64,000 bases of DNA from Raillietiella orientalis. Taxonomy: Eukaryota. Each line of letters begins with the position of its first letter. Position 1 is the first letter of the stretch. A model generated the notes under the pieces. It was given only the letters and a program-made list of their open reading frames with translations. It was not told the DNA's origin and ran no database searches. A program made the translations under genes and the position numbers. The stretch spans positions 3,596,001 through 3,660,000 of the forward strand of contig JAYWIR010000013.1 in NCBI GenBank assembly GCA_036172245.1. Direction: 5' to 3'. Shown piece after piece: positions 1 through 12,000 of the stretch.

Positions 1-2854
1 TCCGCGAGCGAGGAACGGGCGCGTGCCGCTCCACCGCCCACTCGAGGGTCGGAGCGAATCGATTTTTTCCGCCCTCCTCGCTTGGAGGAGGAGGAAGAGG
101 AGGGAGGAGGAGGAGGGAGGAAAGGAGAGGAGGGAGGGGAACGTGCCAACCTTGCGTGGGAACGCGCAGGAAGCGGCGGCGTGCGCGGACGGACCCCCCT
201 GCCCCCCACTGACCGGAAGGGAGGGACGAGATCCGCGCGGGATTGGACGACGCAGGGAGAGCGCGCGCGTAGGGCAAAAGAGGGACGGACCCACGGGCGG
301 GGGCGTCGCGCGGGGGCACCCGCCAAGGAAAAACCTCCTTCCCTCGGGGGCTCGCCCCCGCGGGAAGAGGAGGGCGACTCCGGGAGCCAACAATGGCCGG
401 CCACCTGGCTCATTCAGGTTGCGGACCTAATCGATCAGAGAGGGTCGCGGCGCGCGTCAGCGGGCGCGGGGACTCCCCTCTTTGTGCTGCCGTTGCCGCA
501 GGGGGGAACCGCCGCGGTGCGGAGGCGATGATGACGGCAGCTCGCGGGAACCCGCGCGCGCGTCTTCCGGGACGTCTAGCGCGCCCCGACGCCCCACAGT
601 CGTCCCACATTTTTTTTTTTTTTTTATTGCGTCGGCCGTCCACGTGGACGGGCGACAGAGGCGTCATTAACGTCATTATAAACAGATAACTGTCGCGAGC
701 CCGGCGAGGTCAGGTGCCCCCGGGATAACAAATGGCACAGCACGGGAGAAAAAAGGGGAGACAAGGGAGCGGAAAGAGGAGGAAGGAGGGAGGTGGTCGG
801 CTGAGAGGAAGGGAAGGAGGGGGCATATACGCCCAAGGGGAATTTCCGTCTGTGGGCGCGAGGGGAGAGGCGAAAACTTCCTGAAGGGCGGGCGCGCTCC
901 TCTGATGACGAGAATCCTGGTGCGGCAACGGGGGGGGGGAGGGGGAATAGGAAGATCCTCTCCTCTTCCTATGTTTTCATTCCACTCCGTCCGTCATCCA
1001 CCTCCTTTTCCTTTCCTCTTCATCTCTCCCCCTCCCCTCCCCGTGCCCTCTCCCGGTCCTTGCCCTTCGACACGCTGTCCTTTGGCCTCTTCGCCACTGC
1101 AATGCTTCCCCCGAATCGCTCTGGTTGGAAGCTCGAGGGTTCCGAGGTCCTCCCGGAGCGGCGAAGCTCCCTGAGGAAGAGCTCGTGGGATTCTTCCCGT
1201 TTGCGTCTCCCTTCGGTCCAGGTCTGCGGCCGCATTTTGCGCTTCGTTCCGTCCCGGAAGGAAGAGAACGATCCCGGCTAGGGGAAGAGGAGCAGCAGCA
1301 GCAACAGAGGAGCGCCTCTCAGTCGCGACCACCCCACCTTTGCTTCCCGTCGGGGGAGGGAAGGAGGAGAAAGAGATTTTCCTCTCCCGGGAAGGAACGC
1401 TTCGGGGGAGAGGGAGCGGAGGCGCTTCCCCCTCAACGCCGCTTCCCGTTCTGCTTCTCCATCGCGAGGAGGGTCGGAGTCTCGGCTTCCCACGGAGCCG
1501 GGGCAGGGGAGGGGAAGGGACGCGGCGGGAGGGAGGGAGGAAAAGTGTGTGTGGGGGGGGGGAGGGCGAGAGGCGAGGGATGTCGCCGCTTAATTGAGAA
1601 TTTTCCTTCCCTCCAATGACCACTTCCGCTCAGCGACGGCAATTTCCGATCGCCCGAATGAAGCCGTCGCGCTGGACGACAACGCCGCCGCCGCTTCCGA
1701 GTCTCCTCGGAGACGACCGAGCCACACGACGTGGCTCTTGACGTCAGCTCCACGCCGCGAGCGCCCCCGCCGGTTCCATCACGGCGGACGTTCCGTGTCT
1801 TCGCCTTTTTTTTTTTTTTCCTCGCGATCGGCAGGAAGGGGAAGAGGCGGCGTGCGCTTGTTGACCGACTGCCACCGTCCGTGCCCGTCAGGACGTCGAA
1901 TTCTTCTTCACGCGGGGAGGGTCGCTGGTTCGGTCTTCGAAAGGAGGAGGGGGGAGAGGGGAAAGCATCACGAAACTGTCCGCCCGGACGCCATCTTCAC
2001 GGTCGCTTCTGGATAGGAAAAGCATGGAAGATGTCCGAGGTCCCCCGTCCACGGGCCACCCGCCACGCTGTGCTGGTTCCAGAACTCCGAAATCAATGCA
2101 AGCGGTTCCCTCCGCTGCTTCTCGTAGGCGCCGTGAGACCTCCGTGGAATGCGCGAAAAGAAGCGCGGGAGACTCGGTGGGATGAAACGGAGTGCGAGGG
2201 TTGGCGAACGCATGGAGAGGTCGCGGTGCTTCCTCTGAAGGGGCCAACGATTCCTGCCCGAAATGGCGACCTCACGGGGAAACAAAAAAAAACTCCTAGC
2301 AGTCATCGCATCCTGTCCCGAAAAGTCCCCTCCAGAAAGAGCGAGGGAAGGATCCCTGATCGGGTAGGCAATGCAACGGCCTGAATCTGGGGTTCCAAGC
2401 AGGCACGAACTCGCGAGTAGGGTCTGCCATTCAATCCTCAAATAGGCTAGTGACCGGGACCCCTCAGCAATTGTCACACGACGGCTCTCGGGACCGGGAA
2501 GATGCACTCCGGCTTTCGCATGACTGAACCTCCCTCCCTCCCTCTCTGGATTCAAGATCTCTCCGTTTCTTTCCACGGTTGTCGGCAGAGGTGGCTGAAG
2601 ATCGATGCAGCTCAGGAAACTCAAGTTGCTGAGTTGAAGCGACTTGTCGAAAGTCTCCCGAATCGGAGATTCCGAGAAAGTGGGATTTTTTCCGCGCTGA
2701 AATGAAGTGCAGGTACGCATCCGCGTCGCCTGGAACGGTGCATCGTCAGAGAGTGCATCGCGGTGTAGCCTACCTACCCGCTGCGCAACGGACGGATCCA
2801 CTTGCAGCCGAACGACGGGAACCACCGAAAAGGGCTGGGGGATCGATGCCGTGG

Positions 2855-3098
2855 CAATCGCTGGCCTCGCGGCACTGTTGCATGGCGACGAGAAGCGACG
2901 GACCCACAAACGGCGTAACAATCGCTGGGCTCACGGCACTGTTGCATGGCGACGAGAAGCGACGGACCCGCAAACGACGTAACAATCGCTGGCCTCACGG
3001 CACGGTTGCAGGGCGACGAGAAGCGACGGACCCGCAAACGACGTAACAATCGCTGGGCTCACGGCACGGTTGCAAGGCGACGAGAAGCGACGGACCCG
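2855..3098. repeat. 64-bp tandem repeat, about 3.8 copies
   Basis: Units start at 2855, 2919, 2983 and 3047; consensus CAATCGCTGG(C/G)CTCACGGCAC(T/G)GTTGCANGGCGACGAGAAGCGACGGACCCGCAAACGACGTAA. Confidence 0.95.
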
Positions 3099-6000
3099 AA
3101 ACGCGCTCCCATGCTTTGACATTATTGGACCAGGATGATTCAGGGATTAACCTTTGCCGTGAATGCCTCATTTGCGCATGCACGAAGCTTGGAATCTGCT
3201 AGGAGTAGGGGGAGGACTGCTGACACGATAAATTGCGATAAATCTGCCCGAACCCGTCACTCTGCTGCCACACAACGCTGCCGTCGCCACCGACACCTGA
3301 AGAAACACGCACAACAACTGGAAGTACCCAAACTTCGCAGAAAATCCAGGATGAACTCCGAGACCCATAAGGGGGAAGAAAAAAAGAAGGAAAGAAAAAC
3401 ATCTTTTCGGAATGCGCTGAATTGCTGCAGCTGCGATTTGCATTCAAACGCGCGCTTTCGTCCAGAGATTGCAGCGCCTCGCTGATGACGACCAAATGCT
3501 GCAAGAAGCAAGAAGCTAGGAAGTGAAGCGAGTCGATCCCCACTAGTCAAAGGCGCAATAAACCACGATTCGTCTCCCCCACCTTCCCTCCAGCTCCCTT
3601 TCCCACTGCAATATCGGGAGAAGCTTTGTGAGCTCTTCTCCTTTCTCGGGGATCTGCAGGGCCTCCTTGAGGTTCGCTGGGATTCTTGTCTTCAGCGAGG
3701 AACCGAACACACAAAAAGAAACGGAACAATGCAAAACGGAAGCTTCGCCATGCCGAAGACGACGCAAGAAAGAAAGAAAGAAAAAGAAAAAAAAAATGCG
3801 TTCCGCGGCATCGCCGGGAACGGCGGCGGTTCGGGAGAGGGGAGCGGAAATTTCTATCCCCTCGGATGCCAGTACTCTGCGCCAGGTGCCTCGACGGGAA
3901 AACTCCGGGGGATGGTGGGAACGATGTCCGGGAGCTGCGCACAAAGCAGTGCCGCAGGTGATCCACTGCACGGAGGGCAAGTGGATTTCGGAAAAGTGGA
4001 CGGGCGGGGCAGCCACGCGGGAATGGGTGACGACGGACTGTGTGTGGGCAGCTGGTTAAAAGGAAGGTCTGCTTCCGGCCCGCGCATCACCGATGCGCTC
4101 TCCGAAAGACAAGGGCGAAAGTGGGGACTCCACGAGGATAGGCGGAAGCAGGGGCAGTGGAGGCGGCATCAACAAGAGGAGGAGGAAGAGGAGCACCAGG
4201 TACACTTTCTGGATGTAGCAACAGCCAAGATGGCCTCCTTCCGGGCCTCGATGCAGAAAAGAGTTGTGCCATCCCTCACGCGGCTGTGACAAAACTTCCC
4301 CGCCATCCCCACTCGAAAATGCTGCACCCTTGCTCTCCTCCCTCCTTCACTCCAGACGTATGCTCCACATGCGTGTCACGAGACGGCGGAGAGGCCTCAG
4401 GGAGAGTAGAAGGCGCCCCCGCAGGTACGAACGATACCGGTTGCAGTGCAGGCGGCGGTGCCACACATGACCCCCTGCAGAAAAAAGGAAACCTCCCCTG
4501 CAGACGCGGCGACTCTTCGTAATGATTCTGTTCCTACCCAAAGGAAGCTTCAGCGGAGGGAAAGGGGGAAAAAGGGGCTCGGCCGGAAAATGGGCGAAGT
4601 CGGGTCCCGTGTCCCTTGTTTTGTGAGCTCTCACCCTGGCCGCGGCTTTTCAGAGGCTCCACTTGAAGGGGAGGGAGCTCCATTTTCGGGGCCGCGGCTC
4701 CGAGAATAAAGGGCTCCCAGATTCCTTGCTTCCTGGGCTCCCCACCCCGGTCTCCGGGGGTTGTCGTAGGTTACTGTGGGGACGTCGGACACGTTTCCTG
4801 CCAAAGGGCCTTCCACCCGGCAGGTCGATGAAGGACTGCAACAGATGGTTCTTCTGGGAGCCGCTTCGATCCCCTGTCTCGTTGCGGCGGAGGCTCTCCT
4901 GGACCCTCCAGCCTCCCCGCACGGGGGAACAAGGAGGTATAAATAGGGTGGTCGTGGAATGCGGACCAATGATCCGCGCTCAGGAAACTCGGGAGGAGAA
5001 CTGTTCGCGGGTATTGGTGTTTGCTCTTCTCCGTGCTGCGGCAATCCTTCCTTCGGCGGCGGTCCATTCGAACCGTCCGGGGGAAGGCAGCAGCTCGGGT
5101 CGCACTCGGATGTTGGCATCCGCCGAAAAGCGAGAGGAGCCCGCCTGGCGGCGATCGCCAGAAGGGCTCGGCAGCGCTGCGAACAACATTGTCGATCGCA
5201 ACAATAGCTGAACGCACTTCCAAGGAGGCGGCAAAACAATCGCTAGGCAGGTGACATTGTTGGGAGCGGCGAGCGTCCCCAATCGCTCATCGTTGGCGAG
5301 CTGGAAAGCGAGGCTGGCAGTCGCTGGTGGGCAGGGAAGGGCGTCTCCCTCGGCGCACGGGATGCGAACGCCATGGAGACCGACTGCACTCTTCCCTGAT
5401 TCTCTGCACGGCGGGAGCAGGAAGCTGAGCGCGAGGATGGTGCCGAAGGTGAGAAGGACAGTCCCTCCTCACCCTCGGTCCGAAAGAGGGGTGCAGCTTG
5501 CAGGTGGAGGAGGAAAAGTGCAGGGACGGACGAATCTCCAGGAAAGTATCTCCGGAGAAAATGGGGATTGGGGAAGGGAGACGGGAGAGGTGGCGGATCC
5601 GGAGAATGGAAGGGGCCGCGCGCGCTGCTGCCCGCCTGCAAGGGAGAGCCGAAAAGCCGCCATGCCAGGGCCACGAAGGGGGAAGCCGATGCTCAGGAGG
5701 GCAACCTGGGGAACGGGCTCGGCGACCACAGGGATCCATTAGGCGGCACCGCCTCCGCGGGCGGGTGGGAGTGGGAGGAAGGAGAAGGGCAGGAGCCTGC
5801 ACGCCCCCTGCCTTTCGGCCAGGCGGCTGCCATGCAGACGGAGGGCGGCGCGCGAGCAGACAAGAGTCAGGCGCTCCTCACTAAGGATGGTGCCATGGCG
5901 CTTGGCATCTGCGCCACGGCGTCGCCGCTGGGATGGACACCCGTTTCCGCGGGAACGAGGCTCCTCCCCATCGACCATCCTCTGAGAAGACGACCGGCGG

Positions 6001-9000
6001 GCTGGGACGGCCTCCACCCCCCGCGGAGACAGCAGCGGAGAGTTCGCTCGCTTTCCAGGAGGCCGCTCGCTCAGCGCAGGGAGGTCGTCGGCCCACGCAG
6101 CCCTGCCGCTCCGCCGGCGCACGATGCTTCGGGAGCTCTCCCGGACAGCCAGTAGCGGGAATGGCGCGCGCGCCGCATGTACGAACCGCCACCGTCAGAC
6201 CCGCCCGCATCCCGCCCTTCGCGGCGGTGGCGGCGCGGTGGTTCAACGGCGATCGCTCAGAGCCTCGCCACGAGGAGGAAGACGCGCGAAGGACTGGGTG
6301 CCCCGCGGAGTGCGCACGGGGGGAGGGCGGGGGGACAACCCGCGTGTGCAGCGAAGGGCTGCTCTTTCCCGTCCCGTGTCCCGAGCCGGGGAAAACCCTC
6401 ACGGAAGGAGGGATGACCGGGTCCGCCCCCACCTTTCGTGACCCTCCGATCGATCGTCCGCGTGTACGCCGCCCGTGCAAAGCCTCCCCGCCGCTTCCAT
6501 TCTTCCTAGAGGAACCCCCCCCCCCTCCCCCAAAAACAACAACAACAGAAAACGCGCGCGGCGGCAAAAAAAGGGGGGGGGGGAGGGGGTTGAAGGGAGG
6601 AGCGGAGGATGCGGAGGGCGCGCGGTCCCCGTGGCATCCTCCCAGCTTTCCTTGCGACGATGGCATTTCTTTTACGCCTTCTTTGTTTGCTTTTCCCATT
6701 TCCAGCGGAGGTTCTCCCTCCGCGAGGGGCTCTCCCGGCCCTCTCCTGCGCCTCTTCCCTCTCCCTCTCCCTCCCCCCCTCCGGCCGGTGCGAGCGAGCG
6801 GTCGCCGCGCGCGTCCTAGGGTACTTCCCCGCTGTTTCCTCGAGCGAGTCGCGCCGCCTCTCCGACGGCTCCGCCGAGAGCGCGCCGCCGCCGCCGCCAG
6901 CGGCACTCCCCTTGCTCGCAGACGATTCGCCGCCGCTCCCGGCGGGGGAAGCTGCCTGTAGCCTGCAGCTCGCAATCGCAGAGACGATCTCCCTCCCTCC
7001 TTCCCTGCCTGCCTCCCCCGGCAGGGTTTCCTGCCGCCGCCGCTGCGGGAGGAGCGGCGGGTTCGGCCGCCGGAGGCAGGGAGCGTGGGTGGGTGGCTCC
7101 GCCGCGAAGGCGTCCCGGAAGGAGGAAAGGAACAGGGAACGGAGAGCAGGAGGAGGCAGGAAGGGAAGGGAAGGGAAGATGTTCCTGCCGCTGCTAGTCA
7201 TGGTGGCGATGACGACGACGACGACGACCGTGGCGAGGAGGAGGAGGAGGGAGACCACTGCGACGATCTCCCTCCTCGCTCTCTGTCTGCTGTGTGCTCT
7301 CGCCGTTCCCGGAAGTCCGTCCGCCGTGGCGGCCAGCCCTCACGTGCCCCGCCACCGCTGTGCTCCCTCCCCGGCCTTACTCGCGGTAGCCCTTGGAGAC
7401 AGACCCCCCCCCCCTCCTTGCGGAGCCGCCTCTCGATGGTCACGGAGAGGTTGGTCGACCGACTCGCTCGCCGGTCGCCTGCGAGGTCGCGTCGCGAGCT
7501 GGTGGTCAGCGCTCGAAGCTCCCCCTTCTGACCTCATCTTCCACCCGGACGGGTCCACGCTCGATACCCGAGGCGCTCGAGATCACGCCCCCCTCTTCCT
7601 CACGGCGAAGAGGAGGGCGGACATCCCCGCGCTCTACCCTCGCTCGCAGAGTGCAAACAAACGGGAGGGCAGGAGGGTCCCCCGGAAACGCCTGCCGGAC
7701 TTCGTCCGTCGGGCGGGATCTACACTTCGGGGCTCCTCCTCCTCCTTTCTCCCCCCTCCCACTTTTTGCGCGCGCGCGCGCAGGGGTGGGTGCTCGGGGT
7801 CGCCGCGGCGTCCAGCTCGGCGCCGGCGTCTCCACGGAAACGGACTGGCTAGCCGCTGAGCAGCGGCAGGTCGACGCTCTCCCGCTCACCCTCTAACCCC
7901 CTCCATTCCTTCTTTCCACTCGGACTCCCGCATTCGTGGAGACGGCATGCGGAGTGCGCGCGTGGTTGCCTTCCGCTGGCCACGCAGCAGCAGCGGAGCG
8001 CGAAGGAAGGGCGGCAGAGAGAGAGAATGCGGGGGACGAGAGGGGCGCGCTGCTTCCCCGAGAGCAAACAGGGAAGGCGAGTTTCCCTAGGCGACGGTGA
8101 AACCCTAGAAGCTCTCGCGGGCTTTCCGGAGGAGAAGATGATACGGCAGCTGCGGGTGTCGCAGGGAAATCCGCGCGCGGGAGCGCCTTTCGCGCGCGCC
8201 TCGGCGGCAGAGCAAACATTCGGGAGGAAGGGGGGGGGAGCACCGGGAGAAGGCGGAGGGAGGAGACGCCGCCCGAGGCGGCGCGACGCGACCGTTGACC
8301 GCTGTCGCGTCAACGGACGGGAGGGAGGGAGTCCGGCTCCTTCCTCCCAACCACCCACCCACCCGCGCGTCCGTTCAGAGAAGCGTCCCAAGCACCGGAG
8401 GGCCGTGGGAGACCCCCACGCGGCGGCTCAGAGGCGGTGGTCCAGTTCAGGACTTGTGCTGTGGATCCTTATGCTGTCCCCCTCCTTGCCCCCCGCGACG
8501 GAAGGCTGCCTGCGCGCGCCTGCACGGCGCCCACCATCTTCGGCTCGGAAGAAACGAGTAGGACGTCTCGCGGCCGAGGAGGGAAAGTCCGCAGGGGGAG
8601 GCGAGACGTCCGTCGGCCGCGCCTCCGTACGGGAATCTCCCGGAAGGCGCCGGCAGCCCATTGTGCCCCGTGTAGAGCGGGCGGCCCTCCGAGGCTGCTG
8701 GTGCATGGCACAGGCAGAGGCTGGGGGGGGAGGCCACCCTTGGTCGGGAACGTCCCAAGTCCGAACGATATATCGACCTCCCGCTCCCCTATTTTTTTTC
8801 TCCCACCCCAGACCCGACGGAAGGGTGGGAAGGGAGAAGGAGATTTTCGAAAAACCTTCGCTTCCCGGCCATCACGTTGCCGGGAAGGCCGAGCGGGGGG
8901 GAGGTCGAGGCACACCGCAGTGCCGGAGGCGACGATGGCGCGCGAACTCTGCGAGTCCGCGCAGGCATCCTCGTCGTGCAGACTGGAGCGCGCACCTGCG

Positions 9001-12000
9001 AAAGATGGCCGCCGCCATCTTCCGCTGATGAGAGCGTCGTCCCCCTCCGGGGAAGGGAGAAGGTCTCCGCCCAAGGGACTCTGGAACGAAAGATCCGTTT
9101 GCCTGGAGGGGCTGGGGGACATTGGCGGAGGTCAGTGTTTACCACCGGACGATGGGTGCGCGCTTCTCTTGGCCGCTGGACGGCAACTGGACCCGCGCTT
9201 TCGCGGGCGCTGTGGCTGGGGAGGGAGGGTGGCAATGGGCACAGTGAGAGCGCGAGCGAAGGCCTCTGGGGTGGACGGTGGCCACCTCCACTCCCCCTTC
9301 TCGCGAGGTCACGAAAACAAAACGGGAGGCTGAGTCCCGTGGCGAACGCCGGCTTTCGCAGGGAGCCGATTCTTCGTGCGGTCTTCCGAGGTAAGCTGCG
9401 ACCCGCCCCCCGCGACGGACGGCTGCTGCTGCGCCTCCTCTTTCTCTCCCTGGTGGGGGGAGGGGGAGCCCACGAACCAAGTTCCGCGTGGTCCCACCAA
9501 CCCAAAAGAGACCGGGACGTGGAGCAAGCGGGTGAGGGGAACGGTGGATCGGGAAGCGGACCTTCTGCGAGCCTGACTGGGGGGCATGGAGACCCTCCTC
9601 GGGAGGGGTGGTCCGTGGGCCTTCGGAGCAAGAGAGACCCCCAGTGCAATTGGAGGCCAGCATGGAAAGGAGCAGGGGGAAGAGGTTCCCGAAGTAGGCA
9701 AGTACGCGCACGTGCAGGCGGGGGGTCCGAGAACGCAGGCACTTCGAGGCAGCCACCCCTGCAGTGCCACGCTGGTCCAGGAGAGAGGGATACGGGAGGG
9801 ATGCGGTTCGTCGGTCCTGTGCGAAGATCTCTGCCGCAGGAAGTCACCAGGGGCGTGGACCAAGGGCGCGTCGGATCCGCCAAGCCCGGTGGTGGGCGGG
9901 CAGGCCGCCGCTCCGCGACGGGGCGGGCAATGGGCGAGTTCCGCGGTGCGGCGGCAGAAGGCAAACCCTCTCCTTCCTGTTTGCGCAATCCTTCCGCAAA
10001 CAGGGAAGGGAAGACGATGCGGGAGACGCGCAGGGAGAGAGGCTCGAAGGGAGGATTTCCTCCCAGATGCCCCTCGGCTGCCACTTCCGGAAAAAATCGG
10101 GGAGCGAAAAAAAAAAAAAAAAAAAGGCGTGTGTCTTCAGGATGCGGCGGAAAGGGCGTCGTCCGGATCGATCGCCCTCCGCAACCATCCTCGCGGCCCA
10201 GGGTCCGAAGCAGCGCCGTCACTCGGAACCTCGAGATGAGTCGGCGGCAGCGGCGCCGTTCGGTCCCGACTGCATCCCCATCTCCGGTTTTTCAAGTTCT
10301 TGGCTCCGACCGCGCTCCACCCGGAGAAAGGGCGGAGCCAGGTGGTGAGGTGGAGGGAGAGAACCGGCGCTCCGTGAAACGACGTGGAGCGATGTGGCAT
10401 ATTCATCACGGCTGCTACGCTGTTCCGCAGAAAGTCCGTGCTGAGAAAGGTCGCTGGGTGGGCGCGTGGGCGGGAGGTGCGAGCTGGATGGCGGGGTTTT
10501 TTCCCGCCGCTGCGAAAACCAGGAGCAGAGATGACCCAGCAGATGGTTTCAAGAAGCACTGAAAGGTGCCGTTCGAGCACGTCGGGGCCGATGCCTGTGA
10601 TCCAGACTCGGCAATCCGGCACAACCAGAACGGAGATGGTCGCACACGGAGGAACCCCTCGCGAAGTGGACGACCTCTGGGGACGCCACTTCGGCGCGGC
10701 GGGCGATCTGGGGTGGGAACGGAGGGGGTGACCTGGACTGGGGGGCAGTCTCCCAGCGCGGTCCTCAACAGACGGGGGGGGGGGGGCAAGCGTTGCTAAA
10801 GCAACTCCAACTCCCAGGATGTGCTGCTTCTCAGGGGCACGGGCGGCGAAAGGACATTCTGCAAGTCCCCGGCGATGCCGATCTGGGGCTACCGCAAAGT
10901 TTCTTCCTCATCTCCGAGCTCGGCGGGACGGCGTTACTCCTGAGCTCTCGGCTTGCAAAAACTGCAGAAGAATTTGTGGCCGGCAATCCGCCTGCTAAGT
11001 CCCTGCAGCCTCCGACCGAAAGTTAAGAGTCCGGGAGAGTCAGAGGAAACTCTCAGAAAACCATCGCAATGCTCCTGGGATTAGGATGTCCATATGTCTC
11101 GTTTTTCCGGGATTTGTCCCGCATTCTTGAAAAGCTGTCACGTCTCTCTCGCTCTCCCTCTGTTTTTCTTTTTTTTTTTTTTTTTGAAGTTGCCAAGCAC
11201 GTTCCGATGTCCCGGTTCCTTAAGATGATGATGCTATTAAGTAAAGTGCTGGCTTCTGAAAACAGAATTCTACGGGATCGCGTGGGGCCGCTTTTCCAAA
11301 CAAAAGATCCCGGCGACGCGCGCGCATACGCGGACGGAAGTTTCCACGACGACGAGGGTTTAATCCTGCTGTCATCCTTCTATAATCACCAACTAAGCAC
11401 GTGAAAGCACAGCGTTTTAACAATGGATGCGCGTTTACTCCCCCTCTCCCCCCTCGCTCGCGACAATGCTGAGCATTCCCACTCATTGTTGCGCTGTCCG
11501 CGAGGATCGCCTCCCAACAATGCCGGGTTTCCTAGGAAACTTGTGTGGCAGCCACTTTTCGCACGCCGGGTTTCCTCGCGTGCCGCATCCGGACTTGCGC
11601 CGAGGGAGCATCCAGCGCGCGTCGGGGATGCGCGCGAGCCGCGCCACGTACCTTCCCGGAGGGCGGGGAGGAAGAGGCGAAGGGAACCGTCGCCTCCGTT
11701 GCTACGGAACTCGCGGGACGAGGACGGCATTCCCGCAAAGGGGAGGCGGAGGAGGCGCCCTGTGACTCCCGCGGATCGCCTCTACTACTGGATGGCGGGA
11801 ACCGAGGAAACCTGGATTTTTTTTCTCGCCCTCTTGGCACGCGATGCGGAATGGAAGGGGGCAGGAGTGGGAGAGTATCCATCTCCCCCTTCGATTCCGC
11901 GTCACGGCGGGTCGGGTACCCCGGCGCATCCGGTACACACGATAGCGCGGTTGCTCTTCCCCCCTCCTCCTCGACCCCTGACGAGAGTACACCTGCGGAA

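Noticed and set aside
2540..2705. Ubiquitin-like-looking peptide (LKIDAAQETQVAELKRLVESLP)
   Set aside because: Too short, ends in a stop and has no supported exon partners.
2855..3098. CRISPR-like array
   Set aside because: Units are contiguous with no unique spacers, no cas genes are present and the context is eukaryotic.
10520..10622. RRM-like peptide DCRVWITGIGPDVLERHLSVLLETIC (minus)
   Set aside because: Only the first strand and helix resemble an RRM; no RNP1 motif follows.
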